This document shows positions 11,370 through 23,941 of a stretch of 64,000 bases of DNA, piece after piece; position 1 is the stretch's first letter; each line of letters begins with the position of its first letter. The stretch spans positions 318,169,749 through 318,233,748 of the forward strand of contig NC_085842.1 in the NCBI RefSeq assembly GCF_035594765.1. The letters are read 5' to 3'. The translations under genes and the position numbers were made by a program. This DNA is from Anolis carolinensis. Taxonomy: Eukaryota. The notes below the pieces were generated by a model. It worked only from the letters and a program-made list of their open reading frames with translations. It did no database searches and was not told the DNA's origin.

Positions 11370-12591
11370 CTGATCTCTTTTTTTGATAGAGTTACAAGTT
11401 GGGGCGATACAGGGAATGCCGTGGATGTAGCGTACCTGGATTTCAGTAAGGCCTTCGATAAAGTCCCTCACGACCTTCTGGCAAACAAACTAGTAAAATT
11501 GTGGGCTAGACAAAACTATGGTTAGGTGGATCTGTAATTGGCTAAGCGAACGAACCCAAAGGGTGCTCACCAATGCGTCGTCTTCATCTTGGAAAGAAGT
11601 CACGAGTGGAGTGCCGCAGGGTTCTGTCCTGGACCCGGTTTTGTTCAACATCTTTATTAGTGACTTAGACAAAGGGTTAGAAAGCACAATCACCAAGTTT
11701 GCAGATGACACCAAACTGAGAGGGATAGCCAACACTCCAGAAGACAGGAGCAGAATTCAAAACGATCTTGACAGACTAGAGAGATGGGCCGAAACTAACA
11801 AAATGAAGTTCAACAGGGACAAATGCAAGATAGTTCATTTCGGCAGAAAAAATGGAATGCAAAGATACAGAATGGGGGACGCCTGGCTAGACAGCAGTAC
11901 ATGTGAAAAAGATCTTGGAGTCCTTGTGGACAACAAGTTAAACATGAGCCAGCAATGTGATGCGGCTGCTAAGAAAGCCAATGGGATTCTAGCCTGCATC
12001 AATAGGGGAATAGCGTCTAGATCCAGGGAAGTCATGCTCCCCCTCTATTCTGCCTTGGTCAGACCACACCTGGAATACTGTGTCCAATTCTGGGCACCGC
12101 AGTTGAAGGGAGATATTGACTTTAAGCTAGAAAGTGTCCAGAGAAGGGCGACTAAAATGATCAAAGGTCTGGAGAACAAGCCCTATGAGGAGCGGCTTAA
12201 AGAGCTGTTTAGCCTGCAGAAGAGAAGGCTAAGAGGAGACATGATGAGGGCCATGTATAAATATGTGAGGGGAAGTCATAGGGAGGAGGGAGCAAGCTTG
12301 TTTTCTGCTGCCCTGCAGACTAGGACACAGAACAATGGCTTCAAACTACAGGAAAGGAGATTCCACCTGAACATCAGGAAGAACTTCCTCACTGTGAGAG
12401 CTGTTCGGCAGTGGAACTCTCTTCCCTGGACTGTGGTGGAGGCTCCTTCTTTGGAGGCTTTTAAACAGAGGCTGGATGGCCATCTGTTGGGGGTGCTTTG
12501 AATGCGATTTCCTGCTTCTTAGCAGGGGGTTGGACTGGATGGCCCATGAGGTCTCTTCCAACTGTACTATTCTATGATTCTATGATTCTAT
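11370..12591 (+). mobile_element. 5'-truncated CR1 LINE, same subfamily as 5866-7584
   Basis: ORF 11518-12501 contains [13 protein letters not shown] and [11 protein letters not shown]. Ends in (TTCTATGA)n. TGGTCTG is duplicated at 11366-11372 and 12591-12597 (TSD or microhomology). Confidence 0.95.
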
Positions 12592-13604
12592 GGTCTGTGT
12601 TACACCATCTCACTGTGTACTTTCGAAATTAGGAATGAGAGAATGTGTAGAGCATGGACATCATTTATCATAGATTATCATTTTGGGGGCGGTGGCAAAA
12701 CAATCATGCCCATGTCAGCTTGTATTTTTTTTAATGGTGGGATAGGAGATTTGAAGTACACTTAAGAACTCCAAAAACCAAATGTAGCCCATGGGGCACA
12801 CTTTGTCCACCCATTTTTAAAAGTACCCGTTTCTATTTGGTTCATCATCATCATCATCATCATTTAATTACTTATTAATTGCACTCCATCCAAGATGCTC
12901 TAGGCGATTCAGGATGGAGAAGGGTTGCCTAAGAAGATATCTCTTGCTATGGCTCATGCCCCTATGAAATTCTATTAGCTACTTCCACTACCTTTATGGA
13001 GAATAGTGATTAAATTTATTATCTACAAGTGAATATTCCCAGGCATGTTTCTATCTTTCTCAGTATGACATCATGAAGTTTTCAAAATATGCATTAGGGA
13101 CAGCAAATGGCACTGTAGGCAAGGTCATCCATAGGGCAATGAGGATCAATTCAGTACTTCTGTGATGTCTCTTTTTAGCATTTGCTTGTCTGAAACATTA
13201 CTTCCTTTAGTTAAGCAAAGCACTGCTTAATGTCTCTCAGGAAATCCGGATGTATACAAACTTTGTGTTAAGAGGTTTCTTTGTCCTAGGCAAACTAGGA
13301 ACAACCTACCTAGAATGGACTCTGACTCTTTTTCTTGCTCTTAGTTTGGGCAGGGGATCCCTGAAGGCTATCTGGTTGCCACTAACACTATCCTGTGTGA
13401 CTCAGTAATCTAGTTGGATACACGACATTTGCATCTGTAGTCTTTTTTTTTTTTTGAAAGAATTGACATAGAGAAGAACAGCAAATGGCAAAGGGAGTTA
13501 CTTCTCCTTGATGTTTCCATCTTCAACCAAGAAGAAGGTGCCTTACTAAAATGTAGGATTTTGACCAGAGATTCATGTTAGCTCATTTTTCCTTCAAAGT
13601 CTTG

Positions 13605-13822
13605 GGGCCCTTTCACAATTGTAGCATTTTTTTCCACTTTAACTGCCACAATTCCATATTGTAGAATCCTAAAACTGGGAATCATGGAGGGGCATTTAGA
13701 ATTATCACCCAGAAAAGGCTAAAGAACTTGCCAAACTGCAGCCTTCATGATTCAATTGCACTGAGTCACAGCAGTTAAAGAGGTGTCAAACCGCATTAAT
13801 TCCATAGTGTAAATACACTCTT
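13605..13822. mobile_element. Degenerate Harbinger-type MITE; relatives at ~50487-50695 and ~52770-52975
   Basis: Shared motifs CCACTTTAACTGC..., ...GCAGTTAAAGNGGTGTCAAAC.GCATTAATT and TGTAGATGCACCC-like ends. Confidence 0.5.
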
Positions 13823-13869
13823 AGGAGACTTTGGAAATGATTGAACAAGTCTGTAAGCATGTTGGAGGT

Positions 13870-14830
13870 TAGACTTGTGCACAGATTCAGAGTGGTTGGT
13901 TCCCTTAAGCCAATCCGGCTTGTTTGGCTTGGCCAGATGGAGGAAATGGGAAGGGCTCAGTCATCACCTTTTTTCTGTCCATTACGGGACCACGTGGAAG
14001 CTGATCATGGCTCCTCCTCCCCTATTCAGCACCACACGGCATGGAGAGACTGCCACATGCTGCTCGTAAGGGCTTTCCCTGTTAGCCCTGCCTGTTGAGC
14101 CAATCATAATAGAAGAATACAGTGACATATCTTATGCAAGCTGTGTCTAAAGAAAGGATCCCAGGAAGGATGCTTCCTTAACCTTGTTCTTCAAACCAAG
14201 ACTCCCTTGAAAGGAAGATAGGAAAGGGTCCCAGGAGGGGTGCTTCCTTAACCCCATTTTTCAAACCCAGGATCCCTTGAAAGGAAGATAGGAAAAGATC
14301 CCAGGAAGGATGCTTCCTTAAGCCCTTTCCATAAATCTAAGTTTCCAGATAGGGTGCTATCATAAGCCCTGCTGCTGCTCCTGAAGAAGTTACTGGGTGG
14401 GGTCAGCAGAGGATACCTTTTGGGGAAATTTTTAAAGATTTTATTTCTAAAAAGAAAATAAATTCCTAAAAATCAGTGTATGGCCCACTGGGCTAACAGT
14501 GGTAGATGTGTCCTCCAAGTTAGTAATTTTCATTCCATTAGCCCTAAAATGAAAAGAAGGGGAGCCTGCGGAGCCCCCCCCCCCTCCCATGGCTGCCAAT
14601 GGGTCGGATCTAGCTGTATTTTCTGGCTGTGGCCCAACAAATTATCCAGCTACCCACCCATTTTGGGGAGACACGCGAAAACGGATACATGGGTTTACTG
14701 GAATCCAGCAAACAGAAATGGATTGTGGTTCAGCCAAAATGCACAAGCCTATTGGAGGCTCCTTAGACATTAATAAAAATACCACCCATGGCATCCTGAA
14801 CTCATCCCAAAAAGTCTTCAAGTCATGCTA
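13870..14830 (+). mobile_element. Probable non-autonomous hAT-like element with an internal ~70-bp tandem array
   Basis: The 5' ~300 bp is homologous to 32960-33280, which begins TAGGCATG. Units start at ~14151, 14221 and 14291. I found no clear TSD, so the 3' boundary is uncertain. Confidence 0.45.
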
Positions 14831-17800
14831 GACTTGTATTAAGTGAAAAGATTTTACCTCCATCTTTCATCTTCTGAATGTACGTTCAAGGAGATTTAGA
14901 ACGTGGTTCAACAATGTGGGGAATATAATCCAGATCTGGAATGAGTTTTGGGGACTGTGACATCCCTTGGGAGTATGTTGTACATTATCATTCTTAGCTT
15001 TAATCCTTTCTACCCCTGATCATCCGGACAACTTCCATTTAATTTTTTTAAAGAACTGCAATATTCCTTTCCTGCACCAAGTCTCTACTTTGAATTCTCT
15101 CTGTTAATTGAACATTTCCTTTTCTTGCAAGGCAACAATATGTTGAAAAACTTCCCACTCATGCATGCTTTGCCTGATTACAAAAGCTTAAGAATTTCGA
15201 AGTACATCTCCCACTTGCTTAATAAACACAATAAAATGTATTTGAGTTATAAAGTGCACACACACACACACACACACATTTGTGTATGACCAGGGCTTTA
15301 GTGATTTGGAAACAAAAAAGTTCAAGGGTGTGCACGTGTGCATTAGGGAAAGTATTATGTTACCTTTAATTTTTTGAATTTTTGTCTCTGTTTTCTCCCC
15401 TGCTTCTCAGCCATCTGCAGAACTTCACTTTGCTTAAAATAAATATCCTCAGCCTTGCCAGTTGGTTCATTTCAGTCATCATTTCTGCATCTTAAAGTGA
15501 CTGTTTTGTTATTTTTATTTTTCATATACTGTTTGGTATTTGTGAAGGTCTGCCATAATATTTGCTATTCTACAATGCAATTGTTCAGTATATTTCAATT
15601 TTTGTATGTTCAATAAAAACCTCCTTATGGACGGTTCTGTGTAGATTTGGATTGTGAACTCCAATTTTTGGAAGATATTATTGTCAAGTTCACAAGATCC
15701 CTTACAGGTATTTGGGCTGATAACATAAATTCATGCATATACTTTGAGACTATGCTAAGGGAAATCTAGAACCTACACTATTTGTATATATGTGTTAATA
15801 ACTAAGGATTAAATGTGGGGAAGGGAGCATAGAAATTACTATTTATGCTTTGAAACATTATTTCCTATGCAGAAAATACTGTTTAGTGGACAGAAAGTGT
15901 TATTTAATCACAAAATAAACCTCATGCGAATTTTCTGCAGAATGCATCTTTAATTGTGAATAGACTTCAAAATTTGCACGGTTTTCAATGACTTTTTCAA
16001 AGTGGGAAGACTGGCTGGAATTACTCATTGTTACCTTTGAGAAGAAACTTATCACAAAATTACATCACTGCTTTCTTTCTCCTACTATCCTCCTCCTTTA
16101 TCCTCAGCTTACTTCAATTGCTACAAATGAGTTAGATGTGCAAAAGTGGTAGTTTGCACTCACCTCATCTGAGAGGAGGATGCAGATTCTTGCTCTTTCT
16201 GGTAATCTCAGTCAAAAGCAAACTTCTGTAGCCTCTTGTAATTTGTGTAAGTAAGTAAACTTTTATTATGGTCAATGACCAGTTCATATTGTAATTTGTA
16301 TGTTTTCCTCATTGACAACCTTTGCCAGCTTGACTGCAAACTGCTGTTCGTTGCTTCCATGGGTCCTGGTTTTCATCTACGAAATTTTGGAGAGTATATT
16401 CTGCTCTAAAAGTAAGTTTCAAGCCAGATTTAACACCTCGGTCAATAAGACAATGTGAATGGTCACAGAGTTTATCTAGAGGAGGTAGCCAAGAAGTTAA
16501 ATTGTTCACTTGGTGTCAACAGGAATCTGAATCAGAGGAATTCATTGTTTGCTTGCTCCACTTCTCCTCCTGATGAGCTATAGACACCTCCATTGGAAGG
16601 TGTCTCAAAAGTTTTTCTCCACTAATTTGGCAGGTACCACAATGGTGTCTCGCAGCCATTAGAAATGATTGCAAGCGAATGTGAAAGAAGGGAAACATAT
16701 GGTCAAAATCACAGACGCTGCACAGATAATGAGAGACAACTTAGGTTCCAATTAGGAATGTTCCTGACAATCAGGGACACCTGAGAGACATTTCTTTATT
16801 TAGCAATTGATACACTGCTTTGCCAGTCACTTCAAAACAGCTTCCGATAAAGATTCTGCTGAAGAAGGTGGTAACAGCGACAATAACATTTCCATTTTTT
16901 CAAAAGCCTGAACAGCCACACCTGCTAAAGTAAATAAAGTAAGCTCTATGGTACAGGGATCAATCACAGAGGTCATTGTAATGTGGATGGTACATTTTGT
17001 TCTTTTGTTTTACCATTTTCCTTGTTTCAAGAAAGTCATTAAAACTGTTTAGCTTTCAAATATTATGTATTTCATTTCAAAACTTGTTTTCTTCCTACCA
17101 AGAAAGCCCAATGATAAGTTTGCTTTAGGGTCACAATGCAATGGAAAAACTTGTGGTACACAACAACAGACCTTCTGCACCAAATATAACTTCCTTACAT
17201 CAAAAAGAGAAAGAAAATGTGCTTTCTCCACAAAGATGTAATTTTCTGCACATACATATCAGGCACTTTTCATGCAAAATAAACCCTAAACTACAAAAAT
17301 TCTCACCTGTTCATTTGGGTTTTCTGACACTTGAAAAACCTTTTTTTCCTTCAACCATTATTCAAATGCAATACCATTCTTTTCCTAATCTGACATCATG
17401 TGGTTTTGTTTCTAATGTTTATACTGTCACCTCCGCTATATTGTATGCAGGTCAATGTATCATTTGTTTTTGCTTCCACAACAGTGTGGGTGAAGCAGTC
17501 TGAAATCAGGGGAAGATAGGAAACTGCCTTGTACTGAATCAAACACCGGTCCATCTGTATTCCTCATATGACTACTATCAACTGACTAGGGTTTGGAGCA
17601 ACAGTCTTTCCCCATCCTACCTGGAGATTATGACAAACCACGTGGATCTGGAATAGTTCTCTACAGTCACTTAGTGGCCCACTGCCAATACTCTGTCCTT
17701 GGAAGACAATCATATTTGACCACAAGTGATTGCCTATAGTAGGATATTCTGAGCTTTGAGTCTTACACCTCATTCACATTAAACATATAATAATCAGCCT

Positions 17801-17847
17801 CCGGTGGCCTAGGGGATAAAAGCCTTGTGATTTGAAGGTTGGGTTGC

Positions 17848-18714
17848 TGTGATGACTCATGGGTCTTGTAGTCCTGTTCCTAGTACTATTGTGGCAGACG
17901 AAGAGGAAAACATGGGGTTTTCGCCAGTTCAGCAAGAGCCGGAGTCTCTTCACCTGCAGGATGTTGATGTTTGCCCTCAAGAATTCAGCCAAACAGGCCT
18001 TGGGCAGAACTCCCCCCCGTTTTCCAGGAGGGAAAATTATTCTAAAGATAGGGGAGTCAGGGAGGCTAATCGGAGAAGCCTGAGAATCGCTGCCAAACAA
18101 ATGGCTGATTAGGTCTGCTTCCCTTGGGAAATTTTAAGGAGTCATGCATCTGGACAGAGTTGGGTTTCGCTTCTCGTTCTCTAGGGAAAGAGTTCTGTTG
18201 GCGGGAAAACGAGACCCAATATAGGTGTTTGGCGCGAGGGATTCTTTGCGGAGTCAATTGATCAGCTTGAGGAGAGAGATCGTGTGTGGACTTCGTAATC
18301 CCAGTTCCTTGCTTCCCGGATCAAGCTTCAAGCCTTGCCTTGTCTCACGGTTTTACCACGGACTCTGTTTCATGCTTCATGTTCGTCTTGCCTCCAGTCA
18401 CGGATCTAGTCAAGAATCAAGTTTATTTCCAGCCTTGTTGTCAAGCTTCATTGGACTTTAAAGACTCTGTTATTTCCCCACACTATTGCTTGGCAAAGTG
18501 TGTGTTTCGGTCAAGTGGATTAAAACTTTGAACTCTAATATCTTATATTGGACAATACATTTCTGGACTATATTTGACCTTATCTGAAAGGTCTGCTTCT
18601 GAACTATATTCTTCACTTGTTTTTATTGATTTTATATATTTCTTTAATAAAGATATTAGATAGAGACTGGCCTCTGTGTAAGGTTATTGGTGCTCTGCAG
18701 CCAGGGTCCTGACA
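17848..18714 (+). mobile_element. Solo LTR (Gypsy/Ty3-like), 867 bp
   Basis: TGTGATG...TGACA termini, perfect 5-bp TSD GTTGC (17843-17847, 18715-18719) and AATAAA near 18646. Confidence 0.9.
17852..18112 (+). CDS. LTR-embedded ORF (86 aa) ending RRSLRIAAKQMAD
   Basis: Homologue of 4339-4599 with the frame conserved and a synonymous bias around the basic motif. Confidence 0.6.
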   Translation: MTHGSCSPVPSTIVADEEENMGFSPVQQEPESLHLQDVDVCPQEFSQTGLGQNSPPFSRRENYSKDRGVREANRRSLRIAAKQMAD

Positions 18715-21481
18715 GTTGCTGACCTGAAGGCTGCCAGGTTCAAATCCCTCCCGGGGAGAGCACAGATGAGCTCCCTCTATCAGCTCCAGCTCCATGTGGG
18801 GACATGAGAGAAGCCTCTCACTAGAATGGTAAAACATCAAAACATCCGGGCATCCCCTGGGCAACCTCCTTGCAGATGGCCAATTCTCTCACTCCAGAAG
18901 CAACTTCAGTTGCTCCTGACATGAAAAAAAAATAAAAAATCAGTCACTAAGATATATCCACTCTCATGCCACCTTATCCAAATGAACCATCACCCAGTGA
19001 TGTCTGAAAATCATGAAGGTTTCCTAATTCTATAAATCAAGGGTGGAAAATGCTTAGCTCATTCTTAGAAGATCAACTAAAACATTGAAACTTTATTTGC
19101 TCCAAAATTGTCTCTAAGTCATTTTGAGATATTGTAATGTTTTACCCTCTTGGACCAGTTGAGGTCTAAGAGAAGCCTTTTAAAAAAGAAAAGAAAAAAA
19201 GAGTCAAACTAAATGTGATTTCTACACACTCCTTGTTGCTAGGAACAGGAGAGACAAAAAACCCCCATAATATTTTAGGCAAATATGTACTTTTTTGTTT
19301 TGCAAGGGATGCAGTGGGATGGCAGCCATACAAGGTCTTCTGAAGGTTAATCCCGCCCCCAAAGCATTACACAGATGCCCCTTGATGTTACAGAGTCTAC
19401 TGAATAGGTTGTTAATGGCAGCAAATATATGATATTGTTGTGCTCCTGCAAGTTATTTCTGATGTTTGGTAATCCTAAGACATATCATAGAGTTTTCTTG
19501 GTGGCATTTGCTCAGAGGGGATTGCCTTTTCTTTCCTTTGAGGCTGAGAAGTGTGCCCAAGTTCACTGAATGGATTTCCATGAATTAACAGGGATTCAAA
19601 TCCCGGCCCCCATTTCATGATGTAGCTCTACTTCTGGTGCAGCTCCATGGCACAAGTGAAGAGGGAGGGTCTTAAATGGCCACTGTGGCAACACAGGAAG
19701 CTTCCTATGTTGCATAAGGAGAAACAAGGAGAAGTCCCCCCCCCCATGAGATGGGGTAAGTGGCAAGGTGGGTGATTTGGGGCTTGAGACAACAAGTTTT
19801 CCCCATCTATCTTTGGGCCCCGTCAGATTTGTCACAATCCATGGCAAAACTACTAGTTAATTGTGATGAGGTCTATAGTTCACTGCTTAAACCATTACAT
19901 GACATTGACTCTGCAACAAAATACCTCCTCCTCTTTTTAAACAAAGTGTATATTCCTTAAATGTCTTGTCTTCAATTAAAATTATGCTTCTATGAGACTT
20001 GTAGAGATGCAGTTTTACTTGCAAGCAAGCCATCCAGTAGTTCAGGAGTGGGAAAAGCAGCTTTCTTATGCCATCTCAGCTAACTGTTTGACAGCAGAGA
20101 CCTGGGGGAAACCACAAAGGCCAACCAAAGTCTTTGACAGCTCATGACAATTGACAGCTCATGGGCCACTTGTTCCCCACAGCATATTGTTTCTCACAGT
20201 TTCCCATATTTAGAAACATGCAAAGACCCTTGAGATAGCTATACATCTTATGCATTTCATGCATTGTCTTCTGAAATTGCTACAGATGTATTGCCTGGTT
20301 GTCCTAAATCACCAATGAACACTCCAGCACTTAGATATTTAGGGATTTTCCCCAGATGTTGACTGTAAAGATGTTCCTGATGAAATCCAAATATATCAGT
20401 GTTTCTATGATGTTCCATTTCTCTATCTTATCCTAAAAACATGGTCCATCTGAAAGTGCTAGATTCAACATACTCTACAATGGAAATATTTTTGTAACCA
20501 GTCAGAATGGACAGAAAGCACTGGGGGATTTCTCATCAGACTTGGCATTTGGTTCTTCATTTCCTTCGTTCATTAGGAAAATTAAGTGAGTATGAAACAA
20601 TGATGTACTAAGACTGTGACAGATCAGAAACCTCTGATGAAATATGAGCAACACTAAGGACCTGTGCACATGACAACCTAGCAGAACTGTCAATAACGAC
20701 GAGACGTGAAGGAATTCATCCACCTTGCGATGTGTCTATTGTGGAGTCAAAACAGAACTTAATGATCAGTAATGTAATCCTACATATGTTGACTCAGATG
20801 TAAGTCTTACTGAGTTCCATGGGATTTCCTCCTCTTAAAGGATAAGGTTGTGCTATGCATTGTGCATACGGTTGAACTAGAAGAAATAAAATTCAATACA
20901 TGTCTCCCAAAGTGGTTGTTAAGACAGCTAACTCAGAAGCATCTTTTAAGTATCAGCAGAGTTTCAACTGGTTAAACTCAACAGAGATCTGAGTTCAGCT
21001 GAGTATGTAAAAAGTAGCCCTGCTGAATAATTAAACACCTTTTCTATATCTATAATTTTAAGGGCTCAATAATTGACAATATGTAGTGTTCCTATGTAAA
21101 TTTTCATCTGTTATCCATCCACCAGAAGACAAATATTTATTTGATGAACAAAAAAAAAAGTGCAGCTAACATGAGATGTGAAGGGCTTCCTATGTTCAAG
21201 GAGCAAAAAATGGGACCATATTACCATAGAGTTGGAAGGGTCGGCAAGGGTAATGTTGACTAAATCACTCCTGATGACCATCCTGATGCTGATGACCATC
21301 CAACCTTTATTTAAAGATCTCTAAAGAAATTCATATCTGACCCGATTTATGCCAGAATGGATATGGCATGGTACAATATATTGAGATTAGTTGTAGTTAT
21401 ATGGACCCTGTGGTCTTCTCCAGTTTTATCATTCTAGGACTCTGTGATATGACATCGATAAGATTTCAGCCTGTACTTCCC

Positions 21482-21897
21482 TACAGGCCCCTACCCCCCT
21501 GTCCTTCCAAAGGAGCTTAAAGACCTGGCTCTTCCAAAAGGCCTTTGACACTTAATTTGTTGTTGGACTGATCTATCTGCCCATTTTATAATAGCCCATT
21601 CTTGAGGTGTTGCCAATGTTATATTGCACTTTATTGTCCATTTCAACTGTGAAATTACCTTCCCCATTTGGCACATTCTGCACTGGGTTCTATGAATTAG
21701 TCTCCTGTTTTAATATTGTATGTTTCATGTCGATTTTAACAATTGTTTTTACTGATATTGATGTTTTTATTGATATAATTGTTTAATTGCTTTGTTATTG
21801 ATATTTGATTGTTTTATCGGGCTAGGTCCCATGTAAGCCGCCCCGAGTCCCTTCGGGGAGATGGGGCGGGGTATAAAAATAAAGTTATTTATTATTA
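21482..21897 (+). mobile_element. L2 LINE 3' end
   Basis: ...AAAGACCTGGCTCTTCC (LKTWLF) end of ORF2, a T-rich UTR, terminal GTAAGCCGCCCCGAGTCCCTTCGGGGAGATGGGGCGG hairpin, AATAAA and (TTA)n. Confidence 0.8.
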
Positions 21898-23941
21898 CTC
21901 CATGCATCCAAATTCTTCTTTCTAGCAGTTTATGAATACCAGGATGGAATGCACTTGTTGGTGTACATACCCTTCAGACTTTGAAACCCAGTTGGATGGG
22001 AATCTCTCAGGAGTGCTCTGGTTTTGTATTCACGGAAGGCAGATGATTGGACTGGATAGCCTTGACAATCCCTTTCTGCTCTATGATTATTTGAATTAAG
22101 TCATGCTCAGTTATATTCCAGGGCTTTCATTTTCAAAGCATTTCTCCCTCTCTAAATGGTTGGGCCATTTTCTTTCAGAGCAATTTGATCTTCTGTTTAA
22201 TATTTTGGGTCTCCTTCTAAGCATTCTCCATTGTTATCCAGGCCAACCAGACATCAATTTCCTTCCTTCCTATCTATCCCGTCCCCTCAACTTTGTCACA
22301 TTAGGCTCATGGCATGAAAACGTATGCAGCATACATTATGAGCTCCATAACTTAAAACACTTCAAATAACAAATATCTTAAAATACTACTGTGGTGTTGT
22401 ATTAGGCCCAAGGCAACCTGCTCTTTCTCCAAAGACACATTATAAAGAGAGAAAGTGTCTGAGAAGCCTAATCCCAGCAAAGTCAGGTGTGTGGAGAGAA
22501 ACAGATAATACATGTCAAATTGCTGAAGGTCACTCATCAAACTTTAAACTCTGAAAAATAAGCCAGTTCTTAGCCATTCCACATGAAAACTAACAAACAA
22601 TCTTCTCAAACCAAGCTATCCTACAGTGCCCGGTTCCTTAGCTTTTCAACCTCAAAATTAGCAACCGCAATCTGAAACCTAACCTCTCACATGCTGGTCC
22701 ATTTCAGATCAATTCATTGAGCTATTTTTCTGAGGATTAAGTCATAGGGTTTTCTCCTGCCTAGACATCCTTTCTGGTTTTCCACTGGAAGCATGTCATT
22801 CATCTGACCCAGCGGTAGCATAGGGCTGCTCAGGCAGCCCTATAATAAGTGGCTAAAACTCACATTTCCCTCCCCACACATCAACAGCATGAAACTTGCC
22901 TCTTCTGGAGGAATCATTTCTTAGGGTAGCAAGGTCAGTCAATCTCCAAGCTCATTTGGTCTTCAGCATCTCTGCTGAGGCTGCCAACGAAGGTGCCAAT
23001 TAGTGCCAGTTTTCTGATCTGAGCCGTGCTCAATGGACTGAGGCAGTGCAAGAAGATTGCTGAGCAGCTATTACAACAAGAAAGTAGAACTTTTTAAAAT
23101 CACAATGGTATAAAGGCATCGGAGAAGAGTGGAAATGAGCATAAGTGAAGCTACAAGATTTCCAATTCATAATGTTCCCCTTTGAAGTGGCATGTTTGGG
23201 GGTAAATTCTAAGATATATTAACACAAATCACAACTGCCACAATGATCTAGCTATAATTGATTTTTCACCTGGATTTCATATTTCCTGAATGATTGTGAT
23301 GGTGGCTGAGAGTCTAGATTAGCCACTTAGTTACTTAGTTACTTAACTAAATGGCTGATCTACATCAGTTGCTTAATCCAGGGACAATCTAGACCATTGT
23401 GCTCTGGACAGACCATTGAGCACAGCCACATAGAGTGGGCTGAGCTTGCTGCAATGTTGTATTCATTTCATGGTGGTCCAGGTGGACAAAGACCCCATCG
23501 GCTCCACTGAGCCATCCCCCTTTTATCCTTGTCACCATCACCGCTCCCCACAGACAACAGAGCTCCCTGCAAGTGCCTGGACATTATGGTTACATCTACT
23601 AACCTCGATAGATATGACCATGATGACCAGATGCTCCCAGGTGGTTTTCTGGCCAGTGGGAATTGGCAGTGATGACATAGGACGAGCCATCCCATTATCT
23701 GCACTAACAGTGCAGTGAAAAGAATGACCACAATAATGTACATGTGGACAATGAGTTGGGCCAAAATTAACCTGATCCACATGGCACAAAGATAAGGATG
23801 CTCTAGAGTTTCCTGCAAACTCCAGAGTATCTACTGACTTTGCTTACTATGAAGTAAAGTTAAGGCCCAAAAATGCCAGATACTTAACCAGAAGTTGCAA
23901 TGTGTCAGGAAGACTCCTAGTACCAGTTTCAAGGTGAGTAT

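Larger units (their letters stand above)
17796..18932 (+). mobile_element. tRNA-derived SINE with an A-rich ...GCTCCTGACATGAAAA tail, interrupted by a solo LTR
   Basis: A-box-like GGTGGCCTAGGGG at ~17803 and B-box GGTTCAAATCC at ~18737. Antisense copies are at 35558-35727 and 39578-39832. Confidence 0.85.

Noticed and set aside
14025-14054. REST/NRSE-like TTCAGCACC...GGAGAG
   Set aside because: The spacing is non-canonical, it lies inside a repeat, and the sister copy at ~33112 has lost the left half-site.
16570-16610. CTGATGA followed by a hairpin, as a possible hammerhead ribozyme
   Set aside because: The stem is followed by CAAAA rather than GAAA, and no convincing stems I and III form.
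3727-18714. The two LTRs as ends of one provirus or of an inversion
   Set aside because: They are in opposite orientation, each has its own perfect TSD, and no gag/pol lies between them.
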